NCBI GenBank assembly: GCA_904063045.1
Contig: CAJFCJ010000006.1
Location: 4,914,408-4,978,407 of the forward strand
Direction: 5' to 3'
DNA length: 64,000 nt
From: Dimorphilus gyrociliatus
Taxonomy: Eukaryota > Animalia > Annelida
The notes beneath the pieces are model-generated. The model had not been told where the DNA came from. It was given only the letters and a program-made list of their open reading frames with translations, and did no database searches. A program made the translations under genes and the position numbers. This document shows, one piece after another, positions 46,906 through 59,709 of this stretch (its first letter is position 1; the number at the start of each line of letters is the position of its first letter).

Positions 46906-48023
46906 TTAACATTCAATAAATGGTACATGTTCGATTATCCAGTGGTAAAAAGTTGTTGCCATGGCCTTACTATCTTCTAAAACAAATGCGTGTTGAAACC
47001 CCTTTTTACATTGTATAATAACACCATCGGGATGCTTCTTTTTCATGCAATCATATAAACTCTGAGGGCACCAATGGTCATTAAGTCCATAATACATCAT
47101 CAATTTTTCCAAATGTTTTTCAATGCTGTCATGATCAGCTTCTTGAATTGTCCTCAGCTCATTTGCTCCCAAATAAAATATTTTTCGAACACATGAAGGA
47201 TCAACTAGCTGTAGAGTAGCTTGTATGGCAAATTCTGATACGTTAAAGCCTTGCAAACAAAAATAGATAGAAGCTAGACGTCTCTTTATAAATTCAGGTA
47301 GATAATACAATAAATATGCGGGGAGGGGAATACACCAACTTAAATAATTAACAATAGGCAAGCACGTACTGCCCATAGGAGACTTTGCTAGATGCTCCAT
47401 TGTTGGAAAGAGAAGGCAACATTTTAATATCTTTTCGTTCGATAAACAATTTAGTAAACGCACTGCTATCAGTGCACCTATTGAATGCCCTATAAGAATT
47501 AGACGTGCATCGTTGGGAACGTGTTCCTGAATGAATAGTAGTTTATGCTTAGTTTGGCCGTCGACATCATAGAAATCTTCATAAATGCCTGAATTGTTAT
47601 ATAGACAAAAGAAGAGATTTTAAATTTCTGGTGTTTTGAAAATAATCTTTGTTTCAATATTTTAAATAGAAACAAATGTCTTCTGCTTACTGCCTTTATT
47701 CACTTGTTCCAATCTTGGAATTGAAACATGACCAGCATGGCCTACAACCCAAATAGATATTCTCTCTTTAAATAATTCAAAGATAGTTAACACAAATTCT
47801 TCATAATATCGAGGAATGCCGGGGTTGCCTGTTAAGGTGTTGAATGATGTAATTAGACCCAAGTAATTATTGATCAATGTTTTTATTTATACAAATGACA
47901 CTACAACTTACCGGGTATAATTACAATAACAAATCGTTTGTGAGTGTTAATTTGACCAATTTTTAAAACATTAGTGGGTAAGCCAGAAACGCTCAACCAA
48001 TGCTCAGTTAACTTACTACACAT
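46906..48023 (-). CDS. LDAH: Lipid droplet-associated hydrolase-like, paralog B
   Basis: MCSKLTEHWLSVSGLPT...IIP|GNPGIPRYY, GHAGHV, GHSIGA, LLFPTMEH, DHWCP and QHAFVL. Confidence 0.92.
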
Positions 48024-48547
48024 CTGAAAAAACTAGTAGAAAAGCGAAATCTTAAGAACTAGTCGATAAAAGGGCTAGTGACAGCGATAAGCAAAGTAGT
48101 GTTACTTTTAATCAGTAAAAATGAGTAATTACCTCAGAAATATTAAGATAAGATGAATGACACCGTTGACTTGGTTAAATGCTAATATCAGATGTATTAA
48201 ATAGTGAAAACATTGATTAAATAAAAAAATCGATTTCTGGTAAGAACCAGTCTCCAACCGGTCATTTGTGTTAAACAAAGCTGATGGCGCCAATTATATT
48301 AAATTTATTTAATCCACAAACAGTATGTGTTTAAAGAGAAATAGAAATTAACTTGATATCAATTAATTTCCTTTATTAATATTATATAAAGAATATTAAA
48401 AAATCCTCACATTACAGTTAAAAGAGTTAGCTACAAGATTCTGAAGTGCAATTTTGTTTCTGCCATAATAAAAGGAAAAATGGACAATTTTTCTTAATTA
48501 TTCTTTTCAACTATTCAGAAAAATGTCTGGGATTTTCTTTTCTTTTT

Positions 48548-49204
48548 TTATAATTCTCCATCACGTTCCAGATATCCTTTATTCTCGGCGTGACTAATAA
48601 GTTGTCTTAGAAATTCTTTATTGTCTAGAATGAATCCACGATGCTCTCTGACAAATTGAACAGCCCCAATAGGACCCAATTTATTTAATTCCATTATATA
48701 CGCAGTAACCATACATCCACTTCTATTTACTCCCATTTGACAGTGAACATATATTTTCCCATTTGACGCTCTGCAATCTTCTATAAAGTCAAATGCATCT
48801 GGATAATGCTGCATCATATCGTAGTTGTAACAGTCTTCGGCGCAAAATTCCATATATTTAACATTCATTTCACGTTTAGCATAGAAAGCCTCGTCTGTGT
48901 CTACTTCCCCAGCAGCACAATTCAATATATGACTTATGCCTAAATTCGTTAGTAGCTTAGTATCTGAAGCAACTTCGGCACCACCCATATAAAGGAAAGG
49001 TAAAATCTGGGAAAAATTGCTACCTTTTGTGTAATTGCTCTCATATCCTCTTGCATGTGTCTTACTAGCTATTTTCTGAATGACATTCTTTATGCAAGAG
49101 TCGTTTTTAATATCTATTAATATTAGTTTAAAAGAAAGTTAAATAACGAATAAAGTTATAACTGTGAAATAAATAAAAAAAACTAACAAAAACTCACCGC
49201 TCAT
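48548..49204 (-). CDS. Atypical dual-specificity phosphatase (DUSP3/13/26-like); the first exon encodes only MS
   Basis: SQILPFLYMGG, LGISHILNCA, AED general-acid loop and VHCQMGVNRS active site; ATGAGCG|GTGAGT first exon at 49204-49198. Confidence 0.9.
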
Positions 49205-49605
49205 TTTGAAGTGTGGTTTTTTTCTCTTTTTTTGAAGTTTACCAATTTAAAATATTGACACCACTTTTTCCCACGTTTAAGTATATATTTTAAGTTATAA
49301 TATTGAAGAAAACGATTGAAAAGTAGTTGTTGAACAATATGATATTCAATATAGTTGAGCAATACGGTAATTTATCACTCTATCATAGAAGTTTGTAACG
49401 GGATTACCAATTACTTCATCTGCTGTTTACGCCCTAGCATGTTTACAAAAAAAAACTGGACACTGCAAATGTTATATTCGTATTTAAAAGAATATTTTAT
49501 TTATATTGTTCAGTGTATCAAAATATCGTATGCGAATATCATTGAATTAATAATGTTTAAGGTCTGAGAGTCATTGATTTTTAAGAATTCGAATTTTTAA
49601 AAAAT

Positions 49606-49615
49606 GTGACGTCAC
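49606..49615. promoter_or_regulatory. Palindromic CRE/ATF site GTGACGTCAC in the DUSP/OSTC bidirectional promoter
   Basis: Perfect palindrome 24 nt upstream of the OSTC ATG, adjacent to an ETS-like TTTCCGG (~49625). Confidence 0.55.
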
Positions 49616-49638
49616 TTCTATTTATTTCCGGTCGGGAG

Positions 49639-50276
49639 ATGGAAAAGCTCTACGGAGTACCATTTTTGTTTTTGCAATGCCCTAATCTTAAACTCAAAAA
49701 ACCAACATGGCTGAGGAGACCGTCACCTATGACAGTTTTTGGGTTTGTCCTTTTTTCGTACTTTTTAGTAACTGGAGGTAAGTTTAGCCGAAATACGGCT
49801 GATCGATAATATGGTATTTAGAATGTTTTTTCAACAGGCATCATTTATGACATCATAGTTGAGCCACCTAGCATCGGTTCTACAACTGACGAAAAAGGAA
49901 ATAGTAAACCAGTAAGCCAATTAACATTATGTTTTGAATATGTATCTAACGAAGATGCTTGAAATTTTTCAGGTTGCATTCATGCCATATAGGGTGAATG
50001 GTCAATACATAATGGAAGGATTAGCTTCTAGTTTCCTCTTCAGTTTGGGTGGGCTAGGATTTATTATTTTAGATCAAACAAACAAACCACTCATGCCAAA
50101 GCTGAATAGAATATTACTTCTATCAGTTGCATTCGTATCTATTCTTATTTCATTCTTTACTGCCAGAGTCTTCATGAGAATGAAATTACCGTAAGTACTA
50201 ACAACGCCTTAATTTTGTTATACTGACTCATTTTTCTTTGCTTTTTTCTATTTCCAGAGGTTATATGCAATCTTAA
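49639..50276 (+). CDS. OSTC: Oligosaccharyltransferase complex subunit OSTC/DC2, 4 exons
   Basis: [49 protein letters not shown]|[30 protein letters not shown]|GYMQS*. Confidence 0.97.
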
Positions 50277-50602
50277 AGTTAATTAAAAAGTTGTTTCACA
50301 ATCGTGATCAATCAACATTAAATGTGTTTATTGTATTGTTAACGTTTTGCTCCATCATTGTGTTTTTTGTTTTAAAACTTTACCATTGTTCACCTTTCTT
50401 TCTATCTTGATATTGAATTTTGAATAAAAGTAACATTCAACCTTTAGGCTTCATATATTTTAACTACGACTGTATATTATTGATGAGAGAACATGCGTCG
50501 TTAAGTTAAGCCGTGAGAGGTCTCTAGTTAAACACATGATACTTTGCCAGTAAACAAAGAATTTAGAATTGAACAAGCAGCCTTCAAAACATTTGGTACA
50601 GC

Positions 50603-52416
50603 ATGGAACCGATTAACGAAAATAAGACTATGAAAGATGTTATAAAGCAGGAATTCATCGACTATCTCAAAAATACTTCTATCAAAGGAGTCTCTAGGAT
50701 TTTTAAATCAGAAACAAAACTGCTGAAAATAATTTGGATATTTGCAGTCCTTTCCTTTATATGCGTTGGTTTGGCATACGCTGTTGCCCTAACTGTGGAA
50801 TATTTTAAGGTGAAAAATATAATTTTAATAAATATTCCTACAGACTAATCAACTATGTTCATCAGTATCCTACAGTAACATTAATGAAGGAGATAGATTC
50901 AAAAGATGTAATCTTTCCATCCGTAACAATTTGTAATTTACAACCATACTCGGAAAATAAATTAAATCATATACGAAACGTAGTAAAGCAACCTATTCCA
51001 AATATGGGTCAATTTTTTCAGTAAGATAATAATTAATATACTTTTCTTTTCCTACCTGGAGAATTCACTAAAACATTTACTTTCAAATTCTAGGATACTT
51101 TATCAGGTACTTGCAAATACACCAGCCCAACTTAAGAGCATGCTAGAATCTCTGTTATCTGCGAAAGGGTACTATATGTATCTTGGACAAAAATTAGCAA
51201 CATCTATTGGTTATGATGCTTCAGATATTATTTTGGAATGTAATTATGTTTATATAAATGGCAGTAAAAAGAAATTAGCTCCCTGCAGCAAATATGGCAA
51301 AATCAGGTTAAGTAACCAACCAAACTATTTTAACTGCTTTACAGTTCAATTGAGTAAATCAAGTCCTCTTTCTAAATCCGTTGTTGGTTTAAATATGGTT
51401 TTACATATACCAAATTACGATACAGCTTCCTATCCTTATACTCCTTATGTTAGTACAACACTGGGGAAATCAGGAAGAATTCAGGTATAAAGTATTTCAA
51501 CAACTAAAACAGAATAATATTTTATTCTATACTATTGAAAGATACATGAAGATGAGTCCTATAGTAATGTAGAAGCGTATGGTTTATCATTTTTGACTGG
51601 AGAGGAGACTTCAATACGAGTAGGCACTCTTATTAGGACTAGGTTGGAGCCACCCTACGGAAAATGCAATTCCAAGTATCCAGCAAAGTATAACGTCAGC
51701 GACTATAATAAATATCCAGTAAAGAAGACATTTCCAGCGTGTGTTGGTGCCTGCCTACAACATGAGATATTTAACAAATGTAATTGTACTGATCCAAATT
51801 TTCCAGTTCCTAAAATATCGCTAATTGATCAAAAATATTGTCAAACTTTACCGAACGATATTAGTCAAGTAGGCAAGTTTATTAATGAGGTGAAATACAA
51901 ATAGTTTATGAAAAGGAAAATACTAATTTTTAATGAAAGTCTTCTATATTTCAGTCAATTTGCAGAAATACCGTGTACTTTAAAACTGTTAACGATTGCG
52001 TAAGTAGCATTTGCGATCAAACATGCAGTTTTCAATCGTATAATCTTCAAGTTTCAACTTCAAAATGGCCAAATGATAAATTGGACGCTTATGAGAAATA
52101 TTTGCACAAGACAAATTTTAAATCTTTCTATCAACTTTACGAAAATGCCATCAATATTAAAAGAAAAAACGCAACAGAAGCGAACTCTCTTATTCAATTT
52201 GACAATTTGTTAGGAAATAATATAGCAAGATTAAAAATAAGGTCTGAAAGAGATAGTGGAGTGATGCATGTCGAAGATGTTCCAAAATTTATATTTACAG
52301 ACATTTTCTCACAAATTGGTGGTGTGTTGAATTTATGGGCTGGGATAACTGCTCTATGCGTTACTGAAATTTTAGAGTTACTCTTTAATCTTATTACTGT
52401 GTGTAAACAAAGATAA
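50603..52416 (+). CDS. DEG/ENaC channel subunit 1
   Basis: TSIKGV pre-TM1, TM1, FPSVTICN, FNCFT, Cys-rich thumb (PYGKC...C...C...CNC), and TM2 SQIGGVLNLWAGIT. Confidence 0.93.
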
Positions 52417-52936
52417 AAATATTGAAATAATACATTTCTTTTTACATGTTACTTTTTTATATATAATTACAGTGACGTCACAAAGGCAGGACAGGTCATG
52501 AATTGTTACGGTTATTGCCTTTCAGACAATATAACGGGCTGTAAATTGCTTTCTTTTTTCTCTCAAACAATTGATTTAAAGAGAAGAGAAATATCTATAA
52601 TGCATTATTATCGCTATATTTTGAATACTTGCATATTAAACTATAAATAAAAGTTGATTTAAATTAAATTAATACTTAGTAAATATTTCACTAGTTCTTT
52701 CAATTAATACAAAGTTAAGAAAGCTTTATTAAGTAGATAAGAATCAAGACATTTTACGTAAGGCTGAACAGATACGTAAATGAATAGAAAAGAATGAATA
52801 TTAGCACATAAGCGAACACTATAAATTTATACAAAGTTTATATAGACAAAATATTGTACATAACGATATAATTCTATATACTCTGATAGTCTTCTATAGT
52901 TTGTTTAATTGACTCCATAAAAGCATATTTTACTCA

Positions 52937-55103
52937 TTATCTCAATGTTCTCACTTCTACAACCCTTATTCGATTTTCATTTGATCCTATAAGTAACCTG
53001 TATTATAGACAAAAAAAATTTACAAAATTGTTTAGTTGCTGTATTTTTGCAGTAGAGATATTTAAAGTATAATATTTTACCTGTAGAAGAGTTCAAAGAA
53101 TTCTACAAAGAGAGCAAAGGTAACGCCTGTCCAAAGATTAAGGATACCTCCAAATTTAGAGAAAAAATCAAGAAACTTCGCCTTTGCTTTATCACTGATA
53201 ACTTTACTACCCTTATGAGATATCCAATTAAATTTAACCTAGTAAATGTCCGTATTAGATAGACTTATATTAATTTCCTAACTATCTCTACCTTGATAAG
53301 ATTATTCTCCAGCAAATCCGACACAACACTATTAATATTAGTTGCATTTTCATAAATTTTAAAATATTTTCCCAATGGATGAGGTTTTATGAATTGTTGA
53401 TATAGATTTAATACACTAGATTTAATGGGCCAATCAGATTTGCTTAAAAGATTTGTGTATGATTTCGATCTACATCTAGGAATACATGTATACAAAGATC
53501 CCAATTCTTCGTATACCTTTTGTCTAAAAAATGAACTCGTTATATTTATCCCTTACTATTAATAATATACTATATATTTTCACTTACATGCATCGAGAAT
53601 TTTGTAAAATATCACGTAAATTTTGTATATTGAAAACTTCATCCATCTTATGACAGAAGGAAACATTTGCCGATGGTTTGTAAATCTTTTAAAGAATATT
53701 GGGATTATTTATCATAAGATTAGGAATATTTTACTTGTCATACCAAACTATGAACGTCTTGACATTTACATTTCGATATGATGGAATCGTGTATTTTTTT
53801 TATTTCGCATGTACTAACTGAATATGCTATTTCACTACCTGCAAAATCTCTATAATCTTTAAGTCTCTCTTCGTCTGTACAATCTCCATATGGTTTTCCT
53901 TGGCGTTTCCGTTCTTCAACAGTACTATAAACCGATGTGAAAGTGTTGGTACTCAACGTAAGACCATTTAAACTCATTGACGGTGCGCCATATTTATCAT
54001 GTATCTATAAAAAATTAATGTTAACAATGATTATTAATTAACGTGATATAGAATTTAAAGGTTACAGCAAACACTGCTCCTCTTGACTGAATAATATCGG
54101 ATTTAAAATGGTCGGCTATATGTAATAATACTGTCATGGCATCTACACCTTTATTACTATTTTCAGCTTTCAGGTTGATGCTAAGAAAACATTTAAATAA
54201 ATACGAATATCTCCTTACTAAAGTATAAATATCTATTTACTTATAACAATTTAAATATGGTGGCTGTTGAGTAAGAACAATATCTCCAAAATCTTCACAT
54301 TTCCTCTTGATTGTCAACTCTCCATCTAGTTCAATATAATTACAATCAATTATAAAATCATTTTTTTCAAATCCAACCTTTAGAAAAAAAACAGAACGTA
54401 TTTAATGATGATTGATGATATAGGTAATTTATCTTATTTACCCTTTTTGCGTTTTCAATGCCTAGAAATGAAAAATATCCACCAATATCTCTTAGAGAAG
54501 TTTTTAATTCTTCTCTATCAGAAGTATTTAACTCATGCATTTTTGATACGTAATAATCAACCTTTGAAAAGTATTCTTCAGGTTTTATATAGCCATATTT
54601 TTCTATCTAATAATTAAGTCATGCAAAAAAGAAGTATGCTAAATATTAAGTTGTTACAAAAGGAATAACAAAATTACCCTATCATAGTCGAATGGTTGAA
54701 TGTTACATAACGTTATTGATGGAAATACAGTACTACCCTGACGTTGTTCATTTATAACGGTTATTGTTTCGTATTTGAGATAATCAAGTAACGAATATAT
54801 AACCTATGAAATTATAATTATTGTATAAAATATTGGTAAATTCATTGACGTAATCAATTAATATTTAATTAAATGTAAGCTATTTTTTGACATACTTGGA
54901 AAAAAGCAGTTGCAAAAAATCCAATAATTGACATTGCCCATAGTATTCTTAAAAATGTATTTCTAACTTGAAATACCTTTGGAACACCCTAAAATAGAAA
55001 TAATTCTATATTAACAAATAGCAAAACTGGTATAAATGACATTTTATACCTTAATTGAAGTCGTTTTCAAAAATTTTGTAAGCTCTTCTTTTAGATGTAC
55101 CAT
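52937..55103 (-). CDS. DEG/ENaC channel subunit 2, convergent with subunit 1
   Basis: MVHLKEELTKFLKTTSIK|GVPK, FPSITLCNIQP, PYLNCY, PYGDC...CKC, and TM2 SKFGGILNLWTGVT; stop at 52937-52939. Confidence 0.9.
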
Positions 55104-56277
55104 ATTTACTCTTCTTTTTCTACTACTTCTTCTTCTTCTTCTTCTTCTTCTTTATATTTGTCTCCTACTTTCTCTATTCTTTACATATCTTTTCTCAATA
55201 TCTTACTAATAACTCTAACAAACTTTAGAGAGAGAAAAAAAGAGAAAATGCTAAATTAGTATTCAATACTAAATCAAGGATAAGTAAATTTCTTAATCAA
55301 TAAAAAAAATATGATCAAATATAATTGTATTTTTGAGTAAATAGTTAAACTTTATATAATATATTAAAGACATGTATTTAAGTATGTTTTGATAGATTAA
55401 TACGTACATCTAGCATAGGCCAACCTTTTGGATCAGTCGTTCCGGAGTGCATTAAAGAATATTGTTCTATCACTGTCAGTATAAGTTATTGATAGTTCAA
55501 TGAATTTTTAAACAATAGCGGCAGAGTCACCTAGTTAGTAGGGTTTGGTGTGTATAAGTTTTATATTGAATTAGTGTATATCTATATTTTTCAATTGTGT
55601 TTACGCCATCTACTGGATAGCTACCTATTCAGTTTAAATGTCGCAAAAATCGGATTCGAAAAGTTATTAATAGCTAAAGATAAAATAGAAATTGTAAAAG
55701 TGACTTAAATAAATTGGATGAATAATCAGAGTTGTCTGCTAATTATAACAAATGAAACAGCAAATATTAGTTGACAATTTCAATAGAGAACTCTTTTCCT
55801 TCTTTCTGTCAATATACAGCGTCATTTTATAATAAAAGTATATACTCACTAGATGAGATAAAAGATAACGCATAAGATAAAGAGTAATTTTATTAATAGA
55901 AAGAGTGAATAGGGAATAACACAAGATATATAACGGATGACGGTTTAAAACTTTCAAAAAAAGTAGACACATGATCCACTTTAAATTCAATCTTATTCCC
56001 AAGTCAGCCTTCATCCCTACTAGCATATCAGTGTGAAAGGTTGATATTTAAGATAACCTTTGAACTTTTTCCTTTCTAAAAGTTCCTGTAATTATTTCAC
56101 AATAAAGAAATAAGGTATTATCCTATTTGTTTTCTATCGATTATTTAATCAATAAAATAAAGCATTGTAACAAATAAAATTATAAAAAAAGCATGAGATG
56201 TAGATAAAAAAGACAGTAATAACAGAACACATATTTATGGAAGGTAAGAAGAAAACCTAATTGTTTTTTATAGAATT

Positions 56278-57338
56278 TCATGTATACGAGAGTAAATTAA
56301 TATCGTAGCATCCGTCCACCTGTAGAATACCAATAAGACATCTAAGAAACATACAATTACGCATTGGTATTTGATTACTTACGTCATATCTTCTTATACT
56401 AGTTGAATTGTTTGAACAACTTTTAGCTAATTGAGACGTTGCCATAAGATTTTGCATTTCCTTTGATAATTCTTCAACATTTGGTCCATTCTTTTTTTAA
56501 ATAAGATGAAAAGTTTAATTTATTAAATAATTACATAATTAAAAGTAAAAAACTTACATCAAAAGTCTTAATCTTATTATCAGTAATATCATTTAACCAT
56601 CCGGGCAATTTAACTTCCTTTGGTATCTATATTTCGATCATGCAAACATATTAATTAAATGATAGATTAATAAATTTTTCTAATTAAACTTTATCTATTA
56701 ATATTTTGTAACTTACGAATAAAGATGCTTTATAAAACTTTAATTCTTCTATACGAAACTCTTTCCAAACTGGCGATGGTTGTCGTATTATTATTCTTAC
56801 TGCTATTACATTTATTAAATCAAATAGAACCTATTTGAAATAAATAATGAATATTTATAAGGAATTAGTAAAAACAATCATCAAGATAATTATGTATATT
56901 TTTTAAATTACGTGCTGTTTTCCTATTACAAAGTATTCTTCGGCTGCTGTATCTGAATGAGGATCTGGCATTAATTGATAGTTGTTTAGACAGGTTTTCC
57001 ATTTGGAATCGGTCGATGTACCCTCTTTCTCTGTAGTTCTTGTTCTAACTTTAATAGTTAAATTTGCTGTATAAAAATTCTTAAAGTGTATCTCTCCTAT
57101 CTGTTTAAAAATAAATAGAAAAAAGGAAGAAAGTATTGAATAATGCGTCCTTTTTGATAAATATTTTTTGGTTTTGCTTTTTTACCTCCACATAAAAAAC
57201 ATTTGGAAAAGTTACATCAATCACGTGACACCCTGTTAAAAATTCAACTTTATGATCACCAATTTTTATTGGTACAGGAGGCTTAATGGTACAAGAAATA
57301 GGATTTGTTTGACTCATATATCCATTGGCGCTCTCCAT
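56278..57338 (-). CDS. NICN1: Nicolin-1 (tubulin polyglutamylase complex subunit)
   Basis: VIDVTFP, FKNFYTA, KWKTCLNNYQLMPDPHS, RQPSPVW and terminal RRYD|VDGCYDINLLSYT* match NICN1. Confidence 0.93.
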
Positions 57339-57679
57339 GTTTTTGTCGTCTGCTAAATCTCTAAGTGAACTATACTGCCATCTACTTATATAGTATGTCA
57401 ATAAAGAGATGAGACTTTAATTAATAAAAATGTATTATATAGATAGAAAGTTTACATATACGTATAAAGCGTATAACTATACAAAACTTAGTTAATAAAA
57501 TAATATACATTTATAAGACAATTTACAATGCAAAACGAGAAACAACATAAAGTACAGAAAAAGAAATTATTTTTTAAATAAATATAGATATAATTTATAG
57601 TTTGCAATTAAATACTGTATAAGAAAGAAGACCCCATACTCAGTCTAATATACAATTTTATCAGTTCATTAAATATCTT

Positions 57680-59102
57680 TTACATATTCCTGATAGAAAT
57701 TTCTGATACGTCGAAAGCTTGTGATCCTTTACTGACCCAGGTCAAACAATAGTGTTCTAATAATTGGTCCAAAAGTCCTTTTTCATCGAAACGCTCAAGT
57801 TTCTCCAATCTAAATAGTAATTGTATGCTTTTAATATTACTAACAACACAAAAACCTATTATATTACAAGGAAGAAAAAACTAGAAAATGCATCAAACCT
57901 CTGCGTGTCCACTTGCGGTAGGTTTCTATAAACATCAATCATCTTCATACACTCTACATGATTCCATCCGTTTTGCTCAAATCTAAAGGCAATAGTTAAA
58001 AAGTTATAACAATAATTGTTTATATAGTTTATTGTTTGTTCTATTGCATACCTATCAACTTGAGTTTGTAAATTTTGACATGCTCGAACTCCCTGTAATT
58101 CGGTTCCTCTTTGTCTCAAATTTGTAATCATAAGTTCTCCAAATCTATCATTCATATTTACTTGTTCATAATTGATAAATGCTGGCTTATCAAATTCTTT
58201 AGCTATCCACTTTAACAAATTTTCAGAACAATCAACATCCATATAAACTAGTACACATTCAGATATAAACAAAGTAGGCAAGTTCTTGTCTATAAAGCAA
58301 GCTTTCAACTTTTGTTCTAACTGTTTAATTTCCCTCAAATCGACTGCTATTAAATGATAATCGAACGCGTGTATTTCTGTCTTACTTAGTTGAATATCAT
58401 CATCTGCCAAAAGGATAAAAATTTAATAACTTTTTCTAATACTTTTCTTAGTATTTTAAGTTTTTAAAATTGTTTATAAACAATCACATAGTGAATATAT
58501 ATATACTTTGTATACAATAAGTATTTTTCTTTCATATACATAAAAGTACAGATTTTGATAAATAATTCAATCGAGGGAAATAGTAATTATGAGCTTTGAA
58601 GATATAATAAATGTCAACTGTCTTTTCGATGTTTTGAACATTTACTATCTTTTACAAACCTTCTGATTGCAATTTACCCAATAAGTCACACTGTTCTTTG
58701 ATTGCACGACATTTCTTCATTGTAACATTTGGAAAATCAACTTCTATATATGATCTAGGTGATAGATTCTCATCTTTAAGATTCCAATAAGTTGTATCAT
58801 AGCCAGCTCCTAGGCTAACAATTTGACAATTTCTATTTACACTCTGTTTACGAAATGTTGTTGTTTAAGTGTAAAAATTATGAGATTGATATTTTACTCA
58901 CTTTAATAAATTCTTTCAATAAATACCGGATAGAATGAACTCTTGCATAGTAACCAATACTGATTTCGGGAGATTTTCGCTCAGTTTGTTTATAAAAGTA
59001 CAATATATACGGATCATTCCAATAACCTCTCTGTATTGCAAAGCTTTTTGAGCAAGATGCGTCATCATTCGTGAATTGAACAGCTTCGTCGTTAAACGAC
59101 AT
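57680..59102 (-). CDS. LCMT1: Leucine carboxyl methyltransferase 1 (PP2A methylase)
   Basis: AVQFTNDDAS.SK, RKSPEISIGYYARV, QIVSLGAGYDT, PTLFISECVLVY, NYEQVNMNDRFG and LEKLERFDE..LL.QLLEHYC. Confidence 0.96.
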
Positions 59103-59709
59103 TGATAAATTTTTTCATAAAATTACTCTGGAACAGTTTTATATAATATGAAAGAGTAACCGGAAGTAGTGAAGCACACTTTCGTATACGACCTTGATAA
59201 ATAACACAGATTCTCTGCTTAATTATCAAAATTTTTTATTTATTTTCATTATTCGAATAAAACTGTTATTAGTCAGTTTTCTCTGTTTTGTACGAAAACC
59301 TCATCAAAGAACATGACCGTTGTGCGGTTACGGTTGACTTTTGTAAAATACAACAATTAACTTATCTCTTTATCACAAACAAAGTTATTGAGGTTTCTGA
59401 AATTTAGAATTCCAAATGTAAGTTACTTTTTTGTTTTCACTATGTTAAATATTTTACAGTTGCTTGGATCATTAAATAATTTCTTTGTTTAATGGGCGAT
59501 AATAAACTATAAATAATTACGCAATATATGTTTACTACGTTTATCGAATTCCAGGGCCTAGACGCTTTAGATAGTAAAGCAGAACAAAGATATTATTATC
59601 AAGCTAATGGCTATATGATTTATTTTCGAAGAAGTGCGCGTAAATGTCTGTATTATCCAAGTGAAAATTATATAATCTATACCCTTTTTTTATAGGCCTA
59701 TAAAATAAA

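Noticed and set aside
55739-56026. 95-aa minus-strand ORF between ENaC2 and NICN1
   Set aside because: UTR-like composition with no domain; probably the NICN1 3'UTR or intergenic sequence.
2851-59102. Three methyltransferases (SET8, NSD, LCMT1) and three cilia/testis genes in one window as a functional cluster
   Set aside because: Dispersed among unrelated genes; expected by chance at this gene density.
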